Shown here: positions 54,007 through 63,325 of the stretch, piece by piece
Layout of the letters: each line of letters starts with the position of its first letter
Numbering within the stretch: the stretch's first letter is position 1
Origin: an uncultured Methanomassiliicoccales archaeon
Lineage (GTDB): Archaea > Thermoplasmatota > Thermoplasmata > Methanomassiliicoccales > UBA472
Reading direction: 5' to 3'
Assembly: GCA_963710685.1 (NCBI GenBank)
Contig: CAVQBH010000010.1
Span: 15,204-79,203 of the forward strand
Length of the DNA: 64,000 bases
Notes under the pieces: generated by a model
What the model was told of the DNA's origin: nothing
Databases searched by the model: none
What the model saw: the letters and a program-made list of their open reading frames with translations, nothing else
Position numbers and translations under genes: made by a program

Positions 54007-54918
54007 ATGAAGGGAAAGAACGTTGATACGCCTTTGACACTCGGCCTGGCGGAAGGGGATGAACTGGCCATCAGAAAAGTGATTATCGATGAGATCAAAC
54101 GTTTCGTCCGGGAGAGCCCAGCCAACATTCTGTCCTTGGATGGCATGCCGATCTACGACGAACCATTGGTCGGCTTCGTCAGCGGTGAGGACCCTTTGTT
54201 CAAGGAACTGAAGACCGTGATCGGTGGCTTTCACCTGACACCGCCCGAGGCCATGAAGAAGTCGTCCATGCTGATGGGTTCCGAATCTCCCCCGGACGAT
54301 TCATTGGGGGTTATATCTTACGTGCTGCCCATGCACCGGCGGACGGTCACCGATAACGCAGCGATGAACGATCGGCCATCGAGAAGATGGGTCCACGGAC
54401 GCTTTTATGGTGAACCTTTCAGGAACCTGCTTTCCGATCACCTCATCTCGTTCCTGGGGCGGAGCGGTCTGGCGGCGGTATCTCCCGAGCATGAGCCAAG
54501 TTATTACACCAAGATGATCGACCCTAAGGTCGGATACACCTCCAACTGGTCCCAGAGGCATGTGGCATACGCCGCCGGTCTGGGCACGTTCGGTCTGAGC
54601 GATGGTCTCATCACGGAGGCAGGCATAGCGGAGGCGGTCGGCAGCGTTGTGGTCAACCTACCGTTCAGTTCTCCGGAACGGCAGCAGGACATACACGCCA
54701 ACTGCCTCTATCATCAAAAAGGAACCTGTAAGACATGCGTCAAGAGATGCCCGGTGGGTGCCATATCCGAATCAGGCCATGATAAGAACAAATGCGCCAA
54801 GTTCGCCTTCTCACAGACCCCATTGAACAAGGAACGCTACGGCCTCGATATCTATTCCTGCGGCCTGTGCTTGACCGGTGTGCCCTGTTCAGTAAGGAAC
54901 CCGATGAGGAAGACCTAA
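54007..54918 (+). CDS. Epoxyqueuosine-reductase/reductive-dehalogenase-like Fe-S protein
   Basis: Core WSQRHVAYAAGLGTFGLSDGLITEAG, plus ferredoxin-type cysteine motifs CLYHQKGTCKTCVKRCPVGAI and YSCGLCLTGVPC. Confidence 0.65.
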   Translation: MKGKNVDTPLTLGLAEGDELAIRKVIIDEIKRFVRESPANILSLDGMPIYDEPLVGFVSGEDPLFKELKTVIGGFHLTPPEAMKKSSMLMGSESPPDDSLGVISYVLPMHRRTVTDNAAMNDRPSRRWVHGRFYGEPFRNLLSDHLISFLGRSGLAAVSPEHEPSYYTKMIDPKVGYTSNWSQRHVAYAAGLGTFGLSDGLITEAGIAEAVGSVVVNLPFSSPERQQDIHANCLYHQKGTCKTCVKRCPVGAISESGHDKNKCAKFAFSQTPLNKERYGLDIYSCGLCLTGVPCSVRNPMRKT

Positions 54919-55000
54919 GAAAATAAACGGCGAACTTAGAAAAGAGAGATCCCGGACACGGCGACCCGGTGTTTCGAACGAAAAAGAAGTATGGTTTGGA

Positions 55001-55264
55001 TCATTCCTGCTTTTGGGCATAACCAGCGTCGGTCGCCATGGCCGTGGGCGCTATGAAGTAGACGGAATATTCCTTCTCTCCCGCGATCTTATTGGCCAGG
55101 ATCTCAACCTCCGACTGGGTCGATGCGATGGCGATCACCACCTGGTCCATGACCGCGATCCAATCCCGGGCATGTTCCTGCATGAGATCGATGTAATTGG
55201 TCTTGAACCATTCATCGTTCTTAATGTCATTTTCGCTCTCGTTCACCTCATCTTCATCGGGCAT
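55001..55264 (-). CDS. DUF5678-like small protein
   Basis: DEWFKTNYIDLMQEHARDWIAVMDQVVIAIASTQSEVEILANKIAGEKEYSVYFI fits the small archaeal DUF5678 pattern. ATG at 55264; the track ORF extends to 55486. Confidence 0.55.
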   Translation of the reverse strand: MPDEDEVNESENDIKNDEWFKTNYIDLMQEHARDWIAVMDQVVIAIASTQSEVEILANKIAGEKEYSVYFIAPTAMATDAGYAQKQE

Positions 55265-56072
55265 CTTCGATCCACCTTGCGGGTGTTCTATTATTGCTTC
55301 CGGAACTTTATTCTTTTCTTTGCTCCGACATCGAGCGTTTCCATTTTTAACGATATTTGTGATGGGTCTAGGAACGCAATATTCGATGATTCCTGGCCAA
55401 TGACCTTCGAAATCGTGAGCTTCACGCGCCCTCACCTGACATTCCAGCCTGTCCGGTTCTACCATCTTCGAGGGGTTAGGAGTCATGCCGCACTGTGAGC
55501 GGTACGGTATGAAGGCACTTGGGAAGAACTTGAACGAATGGAACCTTATCTGACCAAGAAAGATGAGGGAATTGGCTCGTGACCTACGGGCTTAACGAAT
55601 CTAGATATTCCGAGGTCTTACCTGCGGGACCTCCATTCGACGTAGATCCCGGTGGTTCGGTCTGGGCTGACCTTGCAGAGCTTCTTTCTGGCGGCGGAAC
55701 AGTTCCTGAAGAACAGGCAATTGCTGCAGGACTTCACCACCAACGGCTCAGATACCTCGTGGTGGCCCGCCCTTTTCATGTTTTTCTGCGATGCTTCCCT
55801 GTTCTCACCCTCTGCCTGTTCAAAAAGCTGCATTCCAGGTATATCCGGTCTTTTCGCAAAATATCAGGAACGATAATTGTCCTACCAGCCACACCAGGTC
55901 GTCCTCTGCGACCCTTTCTCTTGGATCGGCATGGTCGTTCTTTCTGTCAGATGACGATTCCAGCCCTGGGTTATTCCATGGATCGATACGGTCGCATCAG
56001 AGCGACTTGATGTCCGAGATGGAATGTACGGGAAGCATCATCTGGCCCGAATAGAAACAGATCGGTTCGGGA

Positions 56073-58082
56073 TCACTGTCCCCTTATTCCACCCGGGCCC
56101 GCGGTCATGACGAAACGTGACCCGTTCCCTGATGGTCCGCCTTCCTCCGAGATCCTGATGCCAGTGATGGACAGGATCTCGTGTGATAGGAACAGGCCGT
56201 ATCCGTGGTCCTTGCCGGTCCCCCGGGTGAATATCTTTTTCCTCATCGTCGGGGAGACCCCCGCCCCATCGTCCTCGCAAACGACCGACCGGACCCCCTC
56301 CCTCTCCTCGACCAGGAACCGGATCGTGGTCGTCGATACGCCATGCTTGACGGCGTTGTCCACCAGGTTGTAGAAGACCTTGATGATGAGCGGATCGGCG
56401 AGTATCTCGATCCCGGCAGGAACGTCGTTCTGCAATCTTATCTGTCCGAGCTGCACATCACCAACATTTTTCTCAATCAATGCCCGGACATTCTGCCATG
56501 CCGGCGCGTGCATCCCTATGTCCTCGTACTCCTTGGTGAAGTGTATCATGGAGGCGATGCGGTCCGCCGCCGTCTTGGCCTTGATGAGGCGTTGCTCGAA
56601 GGAAATGCTGACGTCCTCCCTCTCCATCAAAGCCAGATACCCGCTGAGGGCAACGAGCTGGTTGTTGATGTCGTGCCTGGTGATGCTGGAAAGGAGGTTG
56701 AGCTTTTGATTTGCCAGGTGCAATGCCATCTCGATGTTCTTCCTTTCCGTGATGTCGTGCGATAGTATCAGCACCCCGCTTTCACCGGGGGTTGGGCCGG
56801 ACACGTAGGCGAAGACCGACAGGAACCACAGTTCCTTCCCCGGTAGGGGGACCAGGTCCTCGTATTCCATGGGCTTTTCTGCGGTGACCGCTCTCTTGAT
56901 GCGATCCAGGTACCGATCGCCCGCCTCCTCCCCGAACAGGTCCCAGATATCCCTACCGGTGAAATCCTCCAGTTTGCCGTTCAGGTGCCCAGCGGCGATG
57001 GAGTTCATCAGGATCAGGCGCCCATCCAGGTCCCAATATGCCAAACCCACCCCGGCATTCTCCAGAATCGCACGGTGCATGACCCCGCTGTCCCTCAGGA
57101 TGCGTTCCGCAAGTGTGCGGTCCTCGATGTCGATCCCCATCCCCATGAAGAAGGAGGTGTCCTTGGTGTCGAACCGCTTCCCCGTCAGTAGATACTGGAC
57201 CTGGTGCCCGTCCTTCATGACCAGGGGGGCCTCGATGCTCCCCTGTCCGCTCCTCATGCAGCTGTCTATGGCGGCCAGGACCGAATCGGTATTCTCCGGG
57301 CGATGCCAGGATAGGACGTGCTTGCCGAACATCTCCTCAGGGGTGTAGCCGCTCAGTTCCTGGTGGTTCTTGTTCCACCTCACCAGGCGAAGCGAGTCGG
57401 CCTCGTACAGGTAGAATATTCCGGGCAGGCTGTCCATGAGCGATGCGGAGAAGGCCATCTCCTTTCCGAGTTCCTCCTGGCCTCTCACTATCTCATCCAG
57501 CTGGACGCGCAGCTCCCGTTCCGCCGCCCGGAGCTCCTCATTGACCTCATGAAGCCCTTCGTTGTGGCTCCTGAGCGATTCCTCCATCCTATGCCGCCTC
57601 ACCGCCGCACTGATGCGATGACGGAGCTCGGCGTTCACCGTTCTGGGGTTGCCCCCTTTCTTCAGGTAGCCGTCGGCGCCGTTGTTCAGCGCCTCGATCA
57701 CCACCTCCTCCCGTTCCTGGGCGGTGAATATGATGAATGGTGTCCGGTCGCCGTTTTCGCGCAGCGACCTGAGAAAATGGATCACTTCCTCGCCGTCCAT
57801 CTGATAATCGGAGACGATAGCATCGTAATGATCCGCAACGATGGCCGCCCTGGCCACCTGGACCGAGGGGCAGGCGCGCACTTCCATCTCCCCCGGGTGG
57901 TCCAGGTGTTCCTTCGTTAGTGCACTCACGTCAGATTCATGGTCGATGACCAATATCCTGATGGTTGGGGTGGCCAATGTCAATAAATGACCGAACGTAT
58001 GAGCCTGCCCCAAAAATGAAATCTGCTTAATTATAGTTCGGAACCTTAGAATCATTGTTAATCGATTGTTCGAGCCAGACAC
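56073..58082 (-). CDS. Response-regulator receiver + PAS x2 + histidine kinase (archaeal H-box type)
   Basis: Receiver IRILVIDHESD ... AIVSDYQMDG ... TPFIIFTAQ. PAS domains present. H-box ITRHDINNQLVAL. HATPase NLVDNAVKHG ... DHGYGLFLSHEIL. The true start is probably nearer the receiver (for example TTG 57983). Confidence 0.9.
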   Translation of the reverse strand: MSGSNNRLTMILRFRTIIKQISFLGQAHTFGHLLTLATPTIRILVIDHESDVSALTKEHLDHPGEMEVRACPSVQVARAAIVADHYDAIVSDYQMDGEEVIHFLRSLRENGDRTPFIIFTAQEREEVVIEALNNGADGYLKKGGNPRTVNAELRHRISAAVRRHRMEESLRSHNEGLHEVNEELRAAERELRVQLDEIVRGQEELGKEMAFSASLMDSLPGIFYLYEADSLRLVRWNKNHQELSGYTPEEMFGKHVLSWHRPENTDSVLAAIDSCMRSGQGSIEAPLVMKDGHQVQYLLTGKRFDTKDTSFFMGMGIDIEDRTLAERILRDSGVMHRAILENAGVGLAYWDLDGRLILMNSIAAGHLNGKLEDFTGRDIWDLFGEEAGDRYLDRIKRAVTAEKPMEYEDLVPLPGKELWFLSVFAYVSGPTPGESGVLILSHDITERKNIEMALHLANQKLNLLSSITRHDINNQLVALSGYLALMEREDVSISFEQRLIKAKTAADRIASMIHFTKEYEDIGMHAPAWQNVRALIEKNVGDVQLGQIRLQNDVPAGIEILADPLIIKVFYNLVDNAVKHGVSTTTIRFLVEEREGVRSVVCEDDGAGVSPTMRKKIFTRGTGKDHGYGLFLSHEILSITGIRISEEGGPSGNGSRFVMTAGPGGIRGQ

Positions 58083-58250
58083 TTCTTGTTAAAGAATCAA
58101 TAGTGCGAAATGTTTGGTTCAGCACTATAATTTATGATTACTGAGGCAGGTTCGAGATAGTATTTATTGGCTTGACAACCAAAATCGGGATTCAAGAACA
58201 AGGGGGCGCCCGGTGTTCAATACCCTTAACGACAGGATATGGAGGCAAGT

Positions 58251-60743
58251 TCATTGGCATGCCTTTTCCGTGATCTTCTTCTGCAGGTCAATGTCGTAGA
58301 AGGTTATGACAACCCCGTCGATGACGTTCTCGACGGTCCGGTAAGGGAGGATCTTGAGCTTGAACCAGTGGCCTTCCTTTGTTTGCACTTCCTTTTCCCG
58401 CGTGTTGAGGGAGTCGAGGACCGACCGGATATCGATCATGAGGTCCTCGTAGCGGATATTCATGGCGATGTCCGAAATCGACCGTCCCACATCCCCGGGA
58501 AGGAGGTTCATGATCTGGCCGATCTGGGGAGTGTACCTCCTTATCTTCAGGTCCATGTCCAGGAAGATGATCGCCTCGTCGACGCTGTTCAACAGGTTCC
58601 GCAGGTCGCTGTTGGTGGTCGACAGCTCCTGGTTCTTCCTTTCCAGCTCCGAGTTGACCGTCAGCAGTTCCTCGTTCAGCGAGTTCAGCTCCTCCTTTCC
58701 GGTCTCGGATTCCTCGACCACGCTCTGTAATTCCTCGTTGTTCGACTGGAGCTCCTCGTTGGTGGACATCAATTCCTCGTTGGTCGTCTCCAGCGCCTCG
58801 ATGGTGTTCTGGAGGCTGTCCTTGGTGAATTTCAGTTCCCCTTCAAGTTCGTCCATGCGGATCTCGCTGTTGGGGGTGATGAGCACCTCCTGGTTTCCTT
58901 TCAGGACCGATTGGGGTATGGTTTTCTCGTCAAAGACCACCAGGACATCGGACAGACGTCCGGGGCTCTCGACCAGCTTTATGGTGATCTCCAGGAAAGA
59001 AGCTTCCCCGTTCGGAAGTACCTGGATATCGTTCTTGACCACTTTCTTCCCGGTCCCTCGGGCTTCGTTTATCGCGGTGGACACCAGATATCTCAGGTCT
59101 TCCCGGATGATGTCCTTGATGCTGAAGCTTGCCTTCCCCTGCGGGTGTTCGAGATATCTGCTGTTCCGGCCGTGGAAGTAGATTATCTCGTTCTTTTCGT
59201 TGACGATCATACTTGGCGGAGTATGCTCCTTGAGCAGTATCCTTTCCACCGTCTCGCTTATCGTGGGGACCTTCAAGATCTCCGAATCCTTCCTTGTCCT
59301 CTCCCTGTTCTGGCGAGGGGCTGAGCCCAAGCGCGGCATTCCCTGATATGGCGTGGAAATGCCTCTTTGATAGATCTTCCATTTCGGGTCAATGGCCGTG
59401 AACCGGTCATGATAACCGTTGATGGTCTCCGACTCACCGAGGAACAGTATGCCGTTCGAGTTCAAGGCGGCGCCGAAGATCTCCAGCACCTTTCGCTGGA
59501 GGGTCGGTTCAAAATATATGAGCAAGTTCCGGCACGAAAGCAGGTCCAGGTGAAGGAAAGGCGGGTCCTGGATGACGTCGTGCGGGGCGAATATGACCAT
59601 CTCCCTGACCTCTTTCTTCAATTTGTAACTGTTCTCGAATTTGATGAAATATTTCTCTAAGCGCTTCGGATTGATGTCATCCGCGATCGCCAGCGGATAT
59701 TCCCCCGCCCTAGCCAGATTGATCGCGTCCTCATTGATGTCCGACCCGAATATCTGGACCTGAAGGTTCTTTCCGGTCTCTTCGATGACCTCGCGCAATA
59801 CTATGCCGATCGAGTATGCCTCCTCCCCGGTGGAACACGCCGTCACCCACACCCGCATCACGTCCCGGTCGGCCTTGGTCTCCATCACGTATTTCCTGAT
59901 CACCTCCTTTAGCGATTCGAAGGCCGGCTGGTTCCTGAAAAAGCTGGTGACCTCGATCAATAGTTCCTTGAACAGCAGCTTTGTCTCCTTCGGATTGGAG
60001 GAGAGGTAGGTCGCATATTGTTCCGTGTTATCCAGCTGGTGAACCGTCATCCTCCTTTCGACCCGTCTGTTGATGGTGCTCTTCTTGTAATAGGAGAAAT
60101 CGTGACCGGTCTCCCGCCTGACGGTGGATAATATCTTCTGGATGCTGTCGACCCCGCCGATCTGCTCATACTTCGCCGGTTTGGTCCGGTTTCCCAGGGC
60201 ATGGACATACTTCATGATCGTTCCCGGCATCTCGTCGGCGGGCACCACATAATCGACCAGTCCCGTCTCAATGGCGCTCCGGGGCATGCTGTCGTACTTT
60301 GCCGTGTCTGGTTTCTGGACCAGGACCAGGCCGAGATTTGCATTGACCGCTTTTATCCCGATCGAGCCATCGGAACCGTTTCCGGAAAGGATCACGGCGA
60401 CCGCATTGTCCTTCCTGTCCTCGGCCAATGAACGCAGGAAGTAGTCGATGGGCATGAACGGTTCATGCCCGATCTCCCGGCTGAATAGGTGGAGCTTTCC
60501 GTCCAGTATCATCATCCCCTTGCCGGGCGGGATGATGTATATCTTGTTCTTTTGAACGACCATTTCACTCTGGGCCTGCAGCGTCTCCATGGTTGTGCAC
60601 CTGGCAATGATCTCCACCAGTAGGCTCGGATGATGTGGCTCCAGGTGGGTTATGACCACATATGCCATCCCCGAGTCCGGAGGTGCGTTCTTGAAGAACG
60701 CCTCATTTGCTTCCAGACCACCAGCGGACGAGCCCAGCGCCAC
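58251..60743 (-). CDS. CheB methylesterase-CheR methyltransferase fusion with PAS domains and coiled coil
   Basis: CheB-like ALGSSAGGLEANEAFF ... IIPPGKGM. CheR-like FFRNQPAFESL ... RVWVTACSTGEEAYSIGI ... IFGSDINEDAI. Heptad region TNEELMSTNEELQSNNEELQS. Terminal PAS domain. GTG start at 60743. An ATG pair at 60787/60784 lies in another frame across a tttt run, so a start-region indel is possible. Confidence 0.85.
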   Translation of the reverse strand: MALGSSAGGLEANEAFFKNAPPDSGMAYVVITHLEPHHPSLLVEIIARCTTMETLQAQSEMVVQKNKIYIIPPGKGMMILDGKLHLFSREIGHEPFMPIDYFLRSLAEDRKDNAVAVILSGNGSDGSIGIKAVNANLGLVLVQKPDTAKYDSMPRSAIETGLVDYVVPADEMPGTIMKYVHALGNRTKPAKYEQIGGVDSIQKILSTVRRETGHDFSYYKKSTINRRVERRMTVHQLDNTEQYATYLSSNPKETKLLFKELLIEVTSFFRNQPAFESLKEVIRKYVMETKADRDVMRVWVTACSTGEEAYSIGIVLREVIEETGKNLQVQIFGSDINEDAINLARAGEYPLAIADDINPKRLEKYFIKFENSYKLKKEVREMVIFAPHDVIQDPPFLHLDLLSCRNLLIYFEPTLQRKVLEIFGAALNSNGILFLGESETINGYHDRFTAIDPKWKIYQRGISTPYQGMPRLGSAPRQNRERTRKDSEILKVPTISETVERILLKEHTPPSMIVNEKNEIIYFHGRNSRYLEHPQGKASFSIKDIIREDLRYLVSTAINEARGTGKKVVKNDIQVLPNGEASFLEITIKLVESPGRLSDVLVVFDEKTIPQSVLKGNQEVLITPNSEIRMDELEGELKFTKDSLQNTIEALETTNEELMSTNEELQSNNEELQSVVEESETGKEELNSLNEELLTVNSELERKNQELSTTNSDLRNLLNSVDEAIIFLDMDLKIRRYTPQIGQIMNLLPGDVGRSISDIAMNIRYEDLMIDIRSVLDSLNTREKEVQTKEGHWFKLKILPYRTVENVIDGVVITFYDIDLQKKITEKACQ

Positions 60744-61061
60744 GATCGGAAAAGTGGGAGTTTCCTGACCGTCCGCCTTTTCATCATCCCTGTTTCTTGA
60801 CCGCTCCCTTGACCATCCGACTCACACCATGCCCGGACCGACCTGCTCGGTAGGCCAAACCCTACTTGGTTCTCCGCCTTCAAGTACCTTGGCCATGCAC
60901 AAATTGTTTTGCGTTGCAATCATCAACATTGGAAACAAAAGTCCCGCCCCGCTTACATTGTCACTATCGTCTCCAAGGTTATTGGATTTTCTACGATCCT
61001 GTCCTTTTTCGTGGCTTGATACGATGTTATATCAGGATTGAAAGGGATGGTCCCGTAAAAT

Positions 61062-63161
61062 ATGGAAGATAATCTTGATGAGAATGGGATCAGGGAACTG
61101 GCCAAGAAACGATTGGAAGGCAGGCCAAATGACCTATCATTGTCCAGGGCCAAGGCCCTCGAACTGGTCGAGGAGCTGGGCATCCATCAGGAAGAGCTCT
61201 CGATCCAGAACGAGGAACTGAAAAGGATCCAGGTGGAACTGGAGGAATCACGGGCCAAGTATTTTGAGCTCTATGATCTGGCTCCGGTGGGATACATCAC
61301 TCTTGCCAAAGACCTGATCATAAGGGAGGCCAATCTGGCCGCCTCCTCCCTATTGGGACAGGACCGTTCTTTGCTGATCAACAAGGGGCTATCATCGTTC
61401 GTCTCCCCATCGTCACACGAACAACTATACCTCCATTTCAAGAAACTCGGCCAATGTCAGGGTAAACAGATCAATCAGATCGTCTTCGAAAGGAAGGACA
61501 GATTGGAGATACTGGTCCAGTTCGAGAGCAATCTGGTGGAAGGAGCGTTCGGGCTTGGTTTCAGGTCGATACTGACCGACATCACAGAACAAACGAAAAC
61601 AGAGAAGTTCGCCAAAGAATTGAATCTGATAAATTCGCGGATCAGCTCTTCCTTCGATTTCGAACAGATCATGGAACAGGTCGTGGTCAGTGCCTCCAAG
61701 GCCATGAACGATGCGGGAACCACCATCTCGATGAAGGAAGGGAACGACTGGACCATCAAGTACGAGCACAATCTGCCTCCCAAGATCACGAACCTTCCCG
61801 CGGGTGATAAACTGACAAGGTTGTCCAACCTGACGGTCGAGCAAAAGGACGTCTTTCCAGTTCAGGACGCGCAGAAGGACGCCAGGACCTCCGGCATGCC
61901 CGAGGTCGGCTATGGCCTGAGATCGGCGATCACCTCCCCTTTGATCATTGCAGGAGAGGTCATCGGAATCCTCGGTTTCACGTATTTCGATAGGGTCAGG
62001 AATTTCACTCAGACCGAGATCGATTTCACCAAGAAACTGGCCGCTTCGATCTCCCTCGCCCTGGCGAACGCCCGGCTCTATGAATCGATGAGCGAGAATG
62101 AGGTCAAGTACAGAGGATTGTTCGAAAATCTTAGCGAAGAGGTCAGCCTCCGCCGGTTGGTCTTCGATGAAAGCGGAGAGATCATCGACGCCGAGGTGAT
62201 CGACATGAACCCTGCCGGCCTGAAGGAGGTGGAGGGCCGCTCCATCGATGAGATAAGGGGCAAGAGGATCAGCCAGATATTCGACCCCGAGTCGTCCACC
62301 AACGCCCTTGAGAAGACCAGGGAGATGTGGGGCGGGGGAAAGCCCGTCACAGATGTGTTTCATTCCGATCTTAAGAATCGTTACTATCTCACGACCTACC
62401 TGCCGGTCGCCAAGGACCACATTATCGTCACAAGCGTCAACATCACCGTTCAGAAGGAATTAGAGGTGGAGCTGAAGAGGTCAAACACCGACCTGCAGCA
62501 GTTCGCCTACGTTGCCTCCCATGACCTCAAAGAGCCGTTGAGGATGGTGGCCAGCTACCTCTTCCTTCTGGATAAGGTGAACAAAGGGGCCTGGAACGAG
62601 GCATCGAAAGAGTACATGCATTTCGCCACCGACGGTGCCATAAGGATGCAGGCGATGATAGACGACCTGCTGGCCTACGCACGTGTGGCGACCGACCGCA
62701 AATCGTTGGCGCTGGTGGACATGAGGGAAGTGCTCGGGGTGGCCCTGAACGACCTGATGGTCAGCATAGAGGAGAGCGGTGCATCGATAACCCACGGCGA
62801 TCTACCATCATTGATGGCCGATCGATCGCAGATGGTAATACTGCTGGAGAACCTGGTAGGGAACGCCCTGAAATATCGCGGCCGCGCCGCTCCGAGGATC
62901 CGCGTGAGTGCGACCGAACAAGGGATCGAATGGATATTCTCCGTCCAAGACAACGGCATCGGCATCGATCCAAAGTACCAGGAGAGACTGTTCCAGATAT
63001 TCGCACGTCTGCACAGCCAGGAAGAATACAAAGGCACCGGCATCGGTCTTGCCATCGCCAAACGGATCGTGGAGCGCAACGGCGGAAGGATATGGTTTGA
63101 ATCGGAGGAGGGCAAAGGGGCCACTTTCTTCTTCACCATTCTCAAGGCAAATGAGAACTGA
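61062..63161 (+). CDS. PAS-GAF-PAS sensor histidine kinase (bacterial HisKA type)
   Basis: PAS segments present. GAF-like SAITSPLIIAGEVIGILGFTY. H-box FAYVASHDLKEPLRMV. HATPase LVGNALKY ... GTGIGLAIAKRIVERNGGRIWFESEEGKGATFFFTI. Confidence 0.9.
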   Translation: MEDNLDENGIRELAKKRLEGRPNDLSLSRAKALELVEELGIHQEELSIQNEELKRIQVELEESRAKYFELYDLAPVGYITLAKDLIIREANLAASSLLGQDRSLLINKGLSSFVSPSSHEQLYLHFKKLGQCQGKQINQIVFERKDRLEILVQFESNLVEGAFGLGFRSILTDITEQTKTEKFAKELNLINSRISSSFDFEQIMEQVVVSASKAMNDAGTTISMKEGNDWTIKYEHNLPPKITNLPAGDKLTRLSNLTVEQKDVFPVQDAQKDARTSGMPEVGYGLRSAITSPLIIAGEVIGILGFTYFDRVRNFTQTEIDFTKKLAASISLALANARLYESMSENEVKYRGLFENLSEEVSLRRLVFDESGEIIDAEVIDMNPAGLKEVEGRSIDEIRGKRISQIFDPESSTNALEKTREMWGGGKPVTDVFHSDLKNRYYLTTYLPVAKDHIIVTSVNITVQKELEVELKRSNTDLQQFAYVASHDLKEPLRMVASYLFLLDKVNKGAWNEASKEYMHFATDGAIRMQAMIDDLLAYARVATDRKSLALVDMREVLGVALNDLMVSIEESGASITHGDLPSLMADRSQMVILLENLVGNALKYRGRAAPRIRVSATEQGIEWIFSVQDNGIGIDPKYQERLFQIFARLHSQEEYKGTGIGLAIAKRIVERNGGRIWFESEEGKGATFFFTILKANEN

Positions 63162-63280
63162 GAGTATTTGGGGACGGGATGGGTGGTACGAAGGTCATTA
63201 TCCCGAAATGATGAAATCATCGGTTTCTGCCGAAGTATCGCGTCCGTCTCCACCCCCCAGTATATTTTCTTGGATTAGCA

Positions 63281-63290
63281 ATATTTATAT
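63281..63290 (+). promoter_or_regulatory. TATA-like box upstream of ftsZ
   Basis: atatttatat lies 36-45 nt upstream of ATG 63326. Confidence 0.35.
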
Positions 63291-63325
63291 CTGGAATGAC
63301 CATACCGGGTGTAGAGGGATGCACT

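Noticed and set aside
55487-56072. Gap with ORFs 55579..56010 (+) and 55618..55833 (-), the latter Cys-rich (SCSNCLFFRNCSAARKKLCKV).
   Set aside because: I could not support either. There are no family motifs and there are competing overlapping frames. A small CxxC protein or a frameshifted gene is possible but unproven.
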